DNA of 64,000 bases from Octopus vulgaris (GCA_951406725.2 OX597815.1:162006001-162070000); one strand, 5' to 3'; counted from the first letter of the stretch, positions 50,953 through 63,445 are shown. Notes: generated by a model not told the origin, from the sequence alone. Made by a program: numbers and translations.

Positions 50953-51551
50953 TCTCTATATCTATGTTATATCACAATACTACACAGTGGCTGTGTGAGC
51001 TACGAAATCCTCGTCACCACTCTTATATCACACGTTCGGACAACCTCTACTCAAATCCTTGACATCTAGACTTCTCCCTCTATATTTACATATTAGGATA
51101 GCCTACTTCATCGTCTGGGAGCGTCCACACAACAATCTATAAATGGCAAAATGTCTGTGTGTCCTTTATACAAATCCACAGTTTTTCACGTAAAAGGCTC
51201 GCATTTTCTATGGGCTTTCAAAACTGTCTGAGGGTGGTCATGAAGATCTTTTCATTTCCCCAGTCACCTCATAGAGACATTTAAAAAATCGATAAACTGA
51301 CCCCTTATGCCCAACAATTGAATGCGCATGCACATTTGCAGACAGTCTGTATGACTCAGTGCATTTTTGTGTTTTGCGAAGACACGTTATCATGTGTTTT
51401 GGCTTTCAGACATGCACACTTTTTTGATTTGAGAAATGCAGGGAAAAATTAACGAGTTAGACCAAGTGAATGACAAGAGAGTGGGATTTTCACGAAAGAC
51501 CAAATATGCTTGACTAGCACTAGACCCGGCAACGCCAGGTCATAGTGCTAG
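50953..51551 (+). mobile_element. Non-autonomous Helitron
   Basis: A|TC 5' end (tctctatatcta..taaatggcaaaatg) and 3' hairpin gacccggc-aac-gccaggtc followed by CTAG|T; no TSD. Confidence 0.85.
50965..51134. mobile_element. 170-bp solo LTR nested in the Helitron 5' end
   Basis: TGTT...AACA termini with a 5-bp TSD atcta (50960-50964 and 51135-51139). Confidence 0.72.
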
Positions 51552-52039
51552 TTTATCATAAGTCTTGACACACATAGTGTATTTTATTGTGATTATTGTC
51601 ACAAAAAGATTTAACCAAGTAGGGGTGGTATACGTAAAAAGAGAATGTAAAGCACACTTAAAATAAAGGCACTCAGTATAAGTCCCTTTGGACTCTTGTT
51701 GCTTTATATTTCTATTCCTTGTCTTGCAAGTTACTTGGTGACCCTGCCAGTGCTGGTGCCACGCAAAAAGCATCCAGTCCTCACTGTAAAGTGGTTGGCA
51801 TGTAAAATCATGCCAAAACTGATCTCATCTGTGCTGGTGCTACACAAAAGGCACTCGGTCCACTCTGCAGTGTGGTTGGTGTTAAGAAGGGCATCCAGCC
51901 ATAAAAACTCTGGCAAAACAGACACAATAGCCTGGGGTAATCTTCTACCTGGCCAGCTCCTGTCAACTATGCATGCATGGAAGATGGACATTAAACGATG
52001 ATGATGATGATGATGATTCTCTTTTCCATATCTATGCAA

Positions 52040-52335
52040 CAAACAGGTCAGGTATGGATGCACACACTGTTTCAGCCTGTTGTTGCATCCACTAGTTGTC
52101 AGTATTTTCTCAGGTCATCCCAGGCAACCCTCTGAGTAGTGTCTTAATCAGTCCCCATCTCTGCAAGATACTTCTCCATAAGCTATGACCATGGTGCATG
52201 TGACCAGCAACTACAAGTTATCACCCAGCCAGATCCTTAGAGAAGAGAGCATGACAAGCAGGACCCCAGCTTGGAAAACTGAGCAACATGACCAAACAGA
52301 CTGAGCTGATGCTCCCAAATCATACAAGTAACAGA
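52040..52335 (-). pseudogene. Old RTE-like C-terminal fragment
   Basis: Minus strand VTCMIWEHQLSLFGHVAQF resembles the R.L.WFGHV.R motif. Confidence 0.55.
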
Positions 52336-52427
52336 AATTATACAAGTAACACTGTTAAAAATTATAAATTGAATGATCCAAATACATAAATAACACAGTG
52401 TAATGAAAAAAAAATTTTTTGTCTTTA

Positions 52428-52730
52428 GGCGAAGGAGTGGCTGTGTGGTAAGTGGATTTGGTAGATGGAAACTGAAAGAAGCTCATCGTATGTATATATA
52501 CATATATGTATGTGTGTGTGTATACGTTTGTGTGTCTGTGCTTGTCCCCCCAACATCACTTGATAACTGATGCTGGTGTGTTTACGCCCCCATAATCTAG
52601 TGGTTCAGCAAAAGAGACCGATGGAATAAGTACTAGGCTTACAAAGAATAAGTACTGGGGTCGATTTGCTCGACTAAAGGCAGTGCTCCAGCATGGCCAC
52701 AGTCATATGACTGAAACAAGTAACAAGTAA
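52428..52730 (+). mobile_element. SINE family B with internal deletion
   Basis: Head joins directly to gtggatttggtagatgg; tail intact. Confidence 0.85.
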
Positions 52731-52989
52731 TTGATCTGATCAACTGGAACCCTCGTTGTCATAACAGACAGAGTGACAGTTATTATGAGACATATTAAGT
52801 AAGTTTAAACTGTGCAGATCACATCCCAATAGTTACAGCTGACCTGGCACTGCACTGAGTTCATGGTCAAAATATTCAACTCAATTTTAATTGTAAAAAA
52901 AATATTATGAGTCATACAGTATTCAGCAATCAGAAGGAATACAGTGTAATTGACAAGTGTTTTGATAGTTCAGAGTGAGGAGTATTAAA

Positions 52990-53575
52990 ATCTGCAATAA
53001 AAGATTATTTTGTTGTTTTTTCTAATGCAGCAGTTAAAATGTTTGAATTTTATTAGAACATTTAAACATTTAAATACAAAGAAATAGAAAAGAAGAAAGA
53101 GAAGGAAGAAGAGGAAGAAAAGGAAAAAAGGTGTGAGGTAGGAATAAAGAAGTGGAAGATGGAGGGGGAGGGAACGATGGGTCACATTCCCTGGAACTAA
53201 TGGTGTGCTCAGCCACACTCTGCAGTCATGACCACAATGGTGTTGCCACAGAGAATGGCCAGTGGCACTCTCTGCAGCAGCCATTCCACCTTAAAGGGCT
53301 CATTTCTCCAGCAGGCTGCTGTTATCCTTATTTAGCAGAGGAAATCAGTGGTAAAGGGCCCTAGAACACCTGACATCTCAATAGTGACCAGCAAAAACTG
53401 ATAGCAGCTGGCCAGGCTCCTGTATTCATTGATTTTGCTTTCTTCTGTGTTACAGGTGGTGACACCTGGATTTGGAGCAGATGCTGCAAGGTTGGAGCCA
53501 GAGAACATGTCACTACACATCACATCCCAAACTAGAGATCTGCCTCTCTTGTATGGTAAGACAGTTATTCTGTCA
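52990..53575 (-). pseudogene. CRE-like non-LTR retrotransposon RLE domain remnant
   Basis: Minus strand DRITVLPYKRGRSLVWDVMCSDMFSGSNLAASA...EESKINEYRSLASCYQFLLVTIEMSGVLGP...LAILCGN matches the PDG..P...G..L.WD.T / K..KY / F.P...ET.G / RGN pattern. Confidence 0.78.
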
Positions 53576-54212
53576 ATGAAATAACCCTTTTAACAATTCG
53601 AGGGAGGCAGATCTCTAGTTTAGGATGTAATAAAAGCTGTCTGGAAAGGAGAAACCTGATTCGAAGATTACAGAGCCAAGCCATCAATGGAACAGTAAAA
53701 ATTTGTAAAACTTTCCAGAGGTTTAGCATTTAAGTATATATGCACCTGTCTAGACATGCAATTATATGTATGAAAGCACATGTATAAAACAAAACATACA
53801 AATCTGTGCATGCGCTGACTCCAAATATAGTACACACACACACACATGCACATGCAAAAATACCCTGTTAGCAGTTTGACAAATGAGACCGATAGAATAA
53901 GAACCAAGCTTAAAAAAGAAACAAGTACTGGAATCAATTCATTCAACTAAGAATTCTTCAAGGCAGTGCTCCAGCATGGACACAGTCTACTGACTGAAAC
54001 AAGTAAAAGAAGCATCGTGATAGACCATTGCCATCTTCAGTTCATGGATAGAAATAGAATCCTATGTGTTCCTTATGCTTACTTTGAGGAGTAAACCTCA
54101 ATAATAAAAATCCAATTTTATATTGTGGACACTAGTATATAGCAGGTACAAGCTTTGAAGAAACTGAAGTCTTGGATCTTTACGTTATCCATTGCTTGGT
54201 TGTCTTCTAGAC

Positions 54213-54395
54213 CAGTACTCCAGAACCGGTACGCTGCAGCACATTGGCATGTCATGAAATGATGCTAGGTGTGCCACAGTATAACATGAATATAATTTTT
54301 TCCTTATATTTTCAGTTATATTTCTAGTTCAAGTGTGCCACAAAATTTTGAAAAATATATGTGTAATGCGTGTGAAAAAAGGTTACAGCACACCG
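54213..54395. mobile_element. hAT-type MITE
   Basis: Perfect 8-bp TSD ttctagac (54205-54212 and 54396-54403) with decayed cag.../...ccg TIRs. Confidence 0.82.
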
Positions 54396-55102
54396 TTCTA
54401 GACTTCCACCAGGTGACATGTCCCAGTTTGCAGGAGGAGTAAGTGACCCCTATAAGTATCAGCTAATGGAAGTCCAAAATGACAAAGTTGTGGTCAGGAT
54501 AGAAGGTTCTTATATTCAGGATGGAAGGTTCTTAACCTTACATTATCCATTGCTTGATTGTCTTCTAGACTTCCACAAGGTGAGATGTGTATGTATGTTT
54601 TATATATACAAGAATAGTGGTTCTCCACCAGTCTAACAAACCCAAAATGAACAACACAAATAGTGCCCCTGTGGGCTAATACGATTTTGGACTGACACTC
54701 ACAAATCACATCTGTCTCTTTATACAATCACAGGGATTATTTCAACACAGCAAATTAAGCTAAATTACAAAACTACAATGCATTAGAATGCATTACAATG
54801 TTATTCAATATGAAATTCTGTTATAGCCACAGGAACGGATGGTTAAAGAAATAAACAAGTAATGAAAAAAAATAATAATTACATTTTAAGAACTGTAAAC
54901 AAACCATTTAGAGATTGTTTTACCAGATTCCTAAGACTGAAGAAATAGTTTTTTTCTAATTTGAGAATGTTATATAATTCTTGACCTAAATAGATGGCAA
55001 TCCGCTTGAACATTTATCCAGGAACAGCTAATTAGTTGAGCATTCATACGTTTATTTCATTTATGCTTATATGTTCACAAATAACATACATACACACACA
55101 CT

Positions 55103-55195
<93 letters not shown>

Positions 55196-55319
55196 AGAGT
55201 GCTTGAGGTGGTGTACAGATATTGCATATTGAGAAAAAGGAGGCAGTCAGAATTCTGGATAATCAAAATGGTATAAACAGAAAGTTTCATTATTCATTAA
55301 ATGTATATGTATATGTATA

Positions 55320-55365
<46 letters not shown>

Positions 55366-55381
55366 ACTATCTATCTATCTA

Positions 55382-55490
<109 letters not shown>

Positions 55491-55578
55491 ATATATATAT
55501 ATATATATATATTGGTAAAAACGGTAAGATAACAAAAGAAAGAAAGAGACCTCAATATTATGTAAATAGAGGAAATTT

Positions 55579-55759
55579 ATCTTTAAATTAATATGTTACC
55601 ATTATTCAATAGCCAAGATAAAACTCTGAGAAATCCACAACACCATCTCTTCGGTTATCAGATAACCAAAGAGATGGTGTTGTGGATTTCTACTTCGGCA
55701 TCCGAAACTCAGAGTTTTATCTTGGCTATTGAATAATGGTAACATATTAATTTACAGAT
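55579..55759. repeat. Near-perfect 81-bp-arm palindrome with an 18-nt one-sided bulge
   Basis: 55579-55659 pairs with 55661-55759 with 2 mismatches; 1-nt centre at 55660. Confidence 0.92.
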
Positions 55760-55779
55760 ATATAGATATATATATATAT

Positions 55780-55992
55780 TCTTTTCTTTTATTCGTTTAT
55801 TTGTTTCAGTCATTTGACTGTGGGTATGCTGGAGCATCGCCTTTTAGTCAAACAAATTGACCCCAGGACTTATTCTTTCTAAGCCTCGTACTTATTCTGT
55901 CGGTCACTTTTGCTGATCCGCTAAGCTACAGGGACGTAGACACACCACCATCAGTTGTCAAGCGATGATGGGGAACAAACACACACACACAA

Positions 55993-56023
<31 letters not shown>

Positions 56024-56190
56024 TATACATATACAATGGGCTTCTTTCAGTTTCCAGCTACTAAATCCATTTACAAGGCTTTGGTCAACCTGAGGCTATA
56101 GTAGAAGACACTTACCCAAGGTGTCACACAGTGGGATTGAACCTGGAACCATGAGATTGGTAAGCAAGCTACTTACCACAAAGCTACTTC
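55780..56190 (-). mobile_element. SINE family B
   Basis: Colinear with the other copies. Confidence 0.85.
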
Positions 56191-56214
56191 TGTACATATA
56201 TAAATATATATATA

Positions 56215-56498
56215 TATCGATCAAAAAATCAATGGAAATTGTAGTTGTGATACTAGTGCCGGTGGCATGTAAAAAGATCCATCCAATCGTGGCTATGCCA
56301 ACCTCGCCTGGCACCTGTGCTGGTGGCATGTAAAACGCACTCACTACACTCACGGAGGGGTTGGCATTAAGAAGGGCATCCAGCTGTCGAAACCCTGCTA
56401 GATCAGACTGGTGCCTGGTGCAGCCTCCTGGCTTCCCAGACCCCGGTCGAACCATCCAAACTATGCTAGCATGGAAAACAGAAGTTAAACGATGATGA

Positions 56499-56533
<35 letters not shown>

Positions 56534-56819
56534 GCCGATGCCAGCACTGCCTCGACTGGATTCCGTGCCGGTGGCACATAAAACACACCAATCCGACCGT
56601 GGCCGTTGCCAGCCCCGCCTGGCACCTGTGCAGGTGGCACGTAAAAAGCACCCACTACACTCACGGAGTGATTGGCGTTAGGAAGGGCATCCAGCTGTAG
56701 AAACATTGCCAGATTAGACTGGAGCCTGGTGCAGCCTTCTGGCTTCCCAGAACCCCGGTCGAACCGTCCAACCCATGCTAGCATGGAGAACGGACGTTAA
56801 ACGACGATGATGATGATGA

Positions 56820-56822
<3 letters not shown>
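56215..56822 (+). mobile_element. Two tandem RTE-tail elements
   Basis: 56215-56501 and 56531-56822, each with 1-2 VNTR units and a (GAT)n tail. Confidence 0.88.
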
Positions 56823-56864
<42 letters not shown>

Positions 56865-56880
56865 CATATAGATTTTTACA

Positions 56881-56940
<60 letters not shown>

Positions 56941-56982
56941 CTTTTAGTTGTTTCAGTCACCAGTGTGTAGCTATGCTATATA

Positions 56983-57145
56983 AAGCAGTGGGAAAAAACC
57001 TACACAGAACTATTGAGAAATTTACAGTTACTCTATGCAGATTATAAGCTCAGGTTTATACCTGTAATTAATGGGGCATTGGGATGTGTAACAAACTTCC
57101 AGAGCATCAATCTTGAGAAATCAGGTTTCTCAAAACGCGAAAGGA
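56983..57145 (+). pseudogene. R2/R4-type RLE endonuclease C-terminal fragment
   Basis: KQWEKTYTELLRNLQLLYADYKLRFIPVINGALGCVT matches K...Y..L...L.......P.IIGALG. Confidence 0.7.
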
Positions 57146-57558
57146 TACTGCTCAATTTTGCAATAAATACAACAGACTTTGAATTATGCATTTATAACAG
57201 CACAAAGCCTTACAGCTACATAAAAACGAAGGAAAGAAATAATAATTATACATATACCACAAATGCAACAGAAAGAGTTTCACAGCTGTCGAACAAACTG
57301 AGTGAGGTTGCACAAAGAGGAAATAAAGTCCTAGAGGAAAGAAGAGACATAGCAGGAGCTGAGGCTAATGTGACCAGTCAGATGAAAGGTAGGGTGAAAA
57401 AGAATGACACCACTTTTACTGGGTACCAGTCATGTGGTATGGAAGAGGAAGTGTTGAGAGAGGTAGAAAGGGGGCAACAGAGAGAGGGAGAATGAAGGAG
57501 CAGAGGCACATACATACATACATACATACATACATACATACATACATACATACATACA

Positions 57559-57591
<33 letters not shown>

Positions 57592-58009
57592 GTACATATA
57601 AATATATATATAATTGAAAAAAATTGGAGTCAACCAGAAGGGGTTTGGTTGGACATTTATTTTTTAATTACTACAATTGTTTCGATGCAACACAGTTCTC
57701 CAGGTGAGCAGGTATTTGATTATGCAACTGTTTCCCTGTATTATGAGATCTAGTTGTGTTTCCTCGGGCAATATGTAAATTCATGCATGATAGATGCCCA
57801 AATGCAAACCTGGAAGTACGTATAATACTACTACTGGATAGCACAGAGTAAATCTGAAGGTGGACGAGCTCTATACTGTACTTTACAGAACATACCATAA
57901 CTATATGTGTGTGTGTGTGTGTGTGTGTACATACATACATGCATACATACATACATACATACATATATACATAATACATACATATATATATATACACACA
58001 CACACACAC

Positions 58010-61000
58010 ATTTATATATATCAAAATATAAAAGAGGCTTTGTGTGTGTGTGTCCCTTATGGATCCAAAAACTGAGTTGCCAATTTTGATGTATGAGGTA
58101 TCAAAAGGTTCAGTAATCTTTCAGCTTCCAAATAAACTTTACTTTCATTTACATATTTGCATTACAAAAATTTAACAGTATAATTTTTCTTAAATATATG
58201 TGAGCGGCAGAAACAGAGGATGAGAAAAAGACAGAGAGAAGAGAGAAAGAAACAGAGAGAGAAAACGAGTTTCTATAGGAGGAGTTGAAAGACAGAGGGA
58301 AAGACACAGAGAGAGAGAGAGACAGGCTGATAGTTGATACTGTATGTATGGTCTATAGATGAAGGTGAAAGAAAGCCAGCACAAAATGAGAGGAAAGCAG
58401 GAGAGCAGGAGATGTTGGTAACCTTGGAAACGAGGTCGGGTCACATAATTTTATGCTTCACCTTCATCCAATGTTTCATGCATGCATAGAATTTGGCATT
58501 ATCTCTCTCTTTCAATTTCTCATTATAATGTATAGAGACACTACGTTGTCAACAACATGTCAACAACATGTCAACAACTTCACAAACTTCATCGATATAT
58601 GAGGAAGCGTGGATTTCATTCCATTTTTTTACACACTTCATTTTCAATTATAAACATAATTCATATATGCTTCTCAGACACATCAACCCTACAAACACAT
58701 GCACACACTTCTTCTCACCTTCACAATCACGGCCCAACTACAATTTTGAAAGTTCTTTTCAACTTTTTCTTCTTTTGGAATTAAGAAAGATATGTAAAAA
58801 TAACCTCCTTTGGCATACACACACACACTCTAGGTAAAACTTCTCTATGAATTCTATTATTTCTTGCTCTGTACATGTGCAAAATTACAGATCAAATCCT
58901 ATGGAAGTGAACTTTTTCTATTGTCATTCCTGTTTGTGTTGACTGTATTTCAAAACCTGATCTTCCATATAAACTTACAAGGATGTTCTCCCAGAGATCT
59001 TGTCCTTACCTGTTGTTTCTAGCATGTCCAAGGTAATATTTACATCCCACCCACTTATGTTTTTCCTAAATTTATTCACATTCCTATGTTTTCCATACAG
59101 GAGATTTGCATTTCACCCTAAAAACACGTTCTCAATATTTTAATTTTCTCCCTCTCAATCCCAGTTTCTACATATCTTACTTTTTTCCACATCTTTTTCT
59201 TGGTAATCCATGGAGAAACAAACAGACTGTATGAATCTTTAAGAATTTTCTACTCCCTTTTTTTTTTTAAAGAAAGACTAACATGTCCTTCCTCAACATC
59301 CACCTTCACCTCACCACTTTCAAAAAGCTACAGTGTGTGTGTGTGTGTCTGTGTCTGTGAATATTCCTTATGGATTCGAAAACTGAGTTGCCTATTTTGA
59401 CGTATGAGGTATCAAAATATTCATTAATCTTTCGGCTACCAAATTAAGTATGCTTTTGGCATAACAACTCTTTTTTACTAATAAAATAACCTCAGAAACG
59501 AGGTCAAGTCACACAATTTTGAGGTAATTTTTCAGGCAATATTTTGATTTGCTTCTAATGTTTCCCTTTCATCCAATGTTTCAAGTATGCATAGAATTCT
59601 ACTGAAATACCACACGTAAAAAAAAAAATTATAATATTGCTCTCTTACAGTTTCTCATTATAATGCATGGAGACACTATGTTGTCAACAACATGTTAAAA
59701 CTTCACTAACCTCATCGATATATGACTAAACCTGCATTTCATTTCGTTTCTTACACACTTTGCTATCAATTATATCGATAATTCCAAACATGGTCTGTAA
59801 AGATAACTTATTTTAATACAATATTCATGTGTACATTTTCATACATGTTTCTCCAGTGCATCAACCCTACAAATACATGTGCAGACATCTTCACATTTTA
59901 ACAGTCAGAGATCAACTACAATTTTCAAAGCATTCTTCAACTTTTACTTCTTTTGGAATTAAGAAAGGTATGTAAAAGTAACTTCCTTTTGCACACACAC
60001 ACACACACACACACACACTCTAGGTAAACTTCTGTTGAATTATGCTATTTCTTGCTGTGTGCACACACAAAATTACAGCTCAAATCCAATTGAAATTACC
60101 TTCTTCTGTTCTGTCATTCTTGTTTGAGATGACCGTATTTCAAAACCTGATCTTTCATATAAACTTACAAGGAAGTTCTCCCAGAAATACTGTCCTTTAA
60201 TTTTTGTTTCTAGCATGTCTGAGGTGACATTTGAGCCCCCTACCCTCTATTTTTAAAACATATCTTCAAATTCCTATGTTTACCATACAGGAAATTTACA
60301 TTTCACCCAAAAGACATGTTCTCAATATTTTAATTTTCTCTCTCTCCATCCCAATTTCTTAATTTTTTTCACTTTTTTCAATATTTTTTCTTGGTAATCA
60401 ACGGAGAAAAAATACAAACAGTACAAATCTTTAAGAATTTTCTTCTTTCATTTTTTCTTAATGAAACACTAACATCTCCTTCCCCAACATCCACCCATCA
60501 CCTCACCATGAGGTCGACTTTGCCTTTCATCCTTTTGGGGTCGATAAATTAAGTATCAGTTACGCACTGGGGCCGATGTAATCGACTTAATCCCTTTGTT
60601 TGTCCTTGTTTGTCCCCTCTATGTTTAGCCCCTTGTGGGCAATAAAGAAATAAGAAATAACGTCATTTACCTGTTGTTCCTAGCATGTCGGGTTTTCTGG
60701 TGGTGGTCTCATATTTTTTAAGTTTCTTATTTCAGTACAAGTCTACGCATGTGTGAAACAGCAGATGAAAATGAAACATTTGAATTTTTTTAGCTTTTTG
60801 AGAGCGGGTAGGTGATGGGTGGGCAAGGGAAGAGGCATCCAGTGTTTTTTTCAGAAAAATGAAACTTTCAAAAAGAAATTATATTTCTCAGATTCATAAT
60901 CTTTGTATTTTTCAACGTGGATAAAAAATAAATTCTGAAAAAGTTTAAAATTAAGAAATTGCAGTGGAGAGGGGGAAATTATAATTTTGAAAACGTGATT

Positions 61001-62205
61001 TCTGGGCAAAATCGTATTAACCCCTTTTTATTCCATGAAACAATACTTAGTTTGTGATCCTTCTTAAGAACATAAAGCACTTTCATGCAAATTGTACCCT
61101 CCCCACTTCACTTTTAAACAAATAATAACTTCCATTACACCAGAAATCCAGCCTACTATATATCAGCTAACACAATGCATTACACTTATCAACACAGAAC
61201 ATAGCAAAACCATTGACAGTTTTCTGCTTCTTCTCATAATAATGGTATACCAATTGAAATATAAATTTCTCCACATCTCTTGCTTCATTACTAGAAAATG
61301 AAACTATACAAAGCACAACTTCAAATTGCTGTGTTTTCCATCTTATATGTTCCTTAATCATTCGCTCTTTTCAGCTATGCTACCAAAACGAAGACATTCT
61401 AATTTATCTCCACAAACAAGGGCTGCAGAGAAAACTGCCTCTTTGCGTGCTCTAGAAAAGTCACTTCAGCATAAACAGCACCTATTCTCTAATAGACAAA
61501 GAGCTGCAGCAATGTGAGTGCCAGAGTCTCACACTGAAGGATTGCAACAACTTTCTAAAACCAGGTGTAGAATAACAGCAACACAGGCATCCAAGTCTGA
61601 GATAGACTACCATGTGTGTCTTCTTCATAATCGGTGCTCTACAGAAGTAAAATGAGCAGCTGAGTCTCAGGAAGTACATTCGATAAGTCTTCTTCTAAAC
61701 AGACGTAGAACTGCAGCAACCAGAGCAGCTGAGTCTCAGGAAGCCTGTTTGATATGTTTACTACAAAACAGGTGTACAACTTCAGCAACTCGATCTACTG
61801 AGTCTCAGGAACACTGTTCAACATGCCTTTGACCAAACTGACATGGAACTGCAACAAGCCAAGCAGATGAGTCTCACCAACAGCATGCCCACTGCCTCTT
61901 ACAAGCATCCAATAGGCAAGCATCTATTAGGAGAAATTGCAGTATATACAGTGTTACTATAACGAGTTTGAGTGTCCAAGATATAATGCCTGCTGCCTTC
62001 ACACATGTACCAATGGGAGGTGCATTTTGTGAAGAGAAATTGGCCTTTAAATCTGATCCTAATTTAAATTACAATGAAGATCCTGCTGTCAGAGTAGGAG
62101 AGCTATTGCATCAGTGCAGGTTCTGTGGGGAAAAGAAGTTTACGTGCGGAAGTCCTGGAATGTGTTGCTCTGGAGGCAAGGTTCAGATTCCTGCTTTACA
62201 AGGTG
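58010..62205 (+). mobile_element. Decayed Helitron 5' half: long leader with 1.2-1.3 kb tandem duplication, then RepHel N-terminus
   Basis: 58041-59316 and 59333-60508 are colinear paralogues. The coding remnant at 61377-62205 has LAFKSDP...VGELLHQCRFCGEKKF....GMCCSGGKVQIPAL, the Helitron N-terminal Zn-finger pattern. Linking leader to ORF is inferred. Confidence 0.6.
61377..62205 (+). pseudogene. Helitron RepHel N-terminus with 23-aa STPR-like repeats and CxxC...CC zinc finger
   Basis: ATG at 61377 (MLPKRRHSNLS). The (G/A)AGTCT anchor recurs at 61524, 61593, 61662, 61731, 61800 and 61869, an exact 69-nt period. Confidence 0.85.
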
Positions 62206-62982
62206 CTTTTTATATATCCTCAGCATGGGTGTCAGTTACATAACCCTGACATCAGCCACCGCTACAATTTCACTTGGCATGCCTATGATTTTGACAGACT
62301 TTTTGCAGTTTCTGAGTACCAAATCCACTCACAGGGTTTTGTTTGGCCTGACGCAACAATAGAAGACTCTTGCTCAAGGCGTCATGCAGTGGGACTGTAC
62401 CCTGAACCATGTGATTGGGAAGCAAGCTTCTTACCACACAGCCATGCCCATGCCTGGAAAAATGTCTTTGTTTTGATGACTAAGTGGGTGCCTAGCTAAA
62501 GTAATGAAAAGTTCATTACCCATAACCTTTATATGGCTTCAATGAGGGAGGCATAACCAAACTATCTTTCCTGAAAGAAAGATAGGGGTAGTCACGGGTG
62601 GAATGTCCTTATTCATATCTGCTCAGCTACAGCCAAACTGTGAGTAAATAACAATAACAACCATAGCATTGATTAAATATCCCAAAAACTTGCTTTACAA
62701 CAAGCATTTATATAAATGAGGATAATTTATATAAATTTATGTAAATGGCTGGGGTGCAAAGAAAATATGTGACATCACTGAGATGAATTTTTAAAACTAG
62801 ATTTTGAAGATACTATATGAGAAACAATAAAAAATGTGGACAGTTTGGACAGTTAATTAATATACAGCATTAATGGTACAATAAAAATAGAATTCACAAA
62901 CTTAAAATGCTTCATAGAACATAGAATGTAGTTTTAATTAGTCCTTATCATGCTTTCAACACATGACCTATATATATAAATA

Positions 62983-63016
<34 letters not shown>

Positions 63017-63019
<3 letters not shown>

Positions 63020-63445
63020 TCATCATCATCATCATCATCATTATCATCGTCGTTTAACGTCCGCTTTCCATGCTAGCATGGGTTGGACGATTTTGACTGA
63101 GGACTGGCAAACCAGATGGCTGCACCAGGCTCCAATCTTGATCTTGCAGAGTTTCTATAGCTGGATGCCCTTCCTAATGCCAATCACTCCGAGAGTGTAG
63201 TGGGTACTTTTTACATGCCACCACACGGGGCCAGTCAGGCGGTACTGGCAACGATCATGCTCAGATGGTGCTTTTGGCACCCTTCTAGCACGGGCACAAG
63301 TGCCAGTAAGGCGATACTGGTAATGATCACATTCGAATGGTGCCTTTTATGTGCCACTGGCACAGAAGCCAGTAAGCTGCTCTGTCAACAAGCACACTCG
63401 TATGGTGCTCTTTGCACCCTGCTAGCACAGATGCCAGTCATCGAA
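63017..63445 (-). mobile_element. RTE-tail element with variant VNTR
   Basis: (CAT)n-gtttaacgtccgctttccatgctagcatggg...ctggatgcccttcc. Confidence 0.85.

Noticed and set aside
53456-53555. Exon-like segment (pyrimidine tract, cag, 100 nt open frame, gtaag)
   Set aside because: It is the antisense strand of the CRE-like endonuclease remnant; no partner exons or recognisable product.
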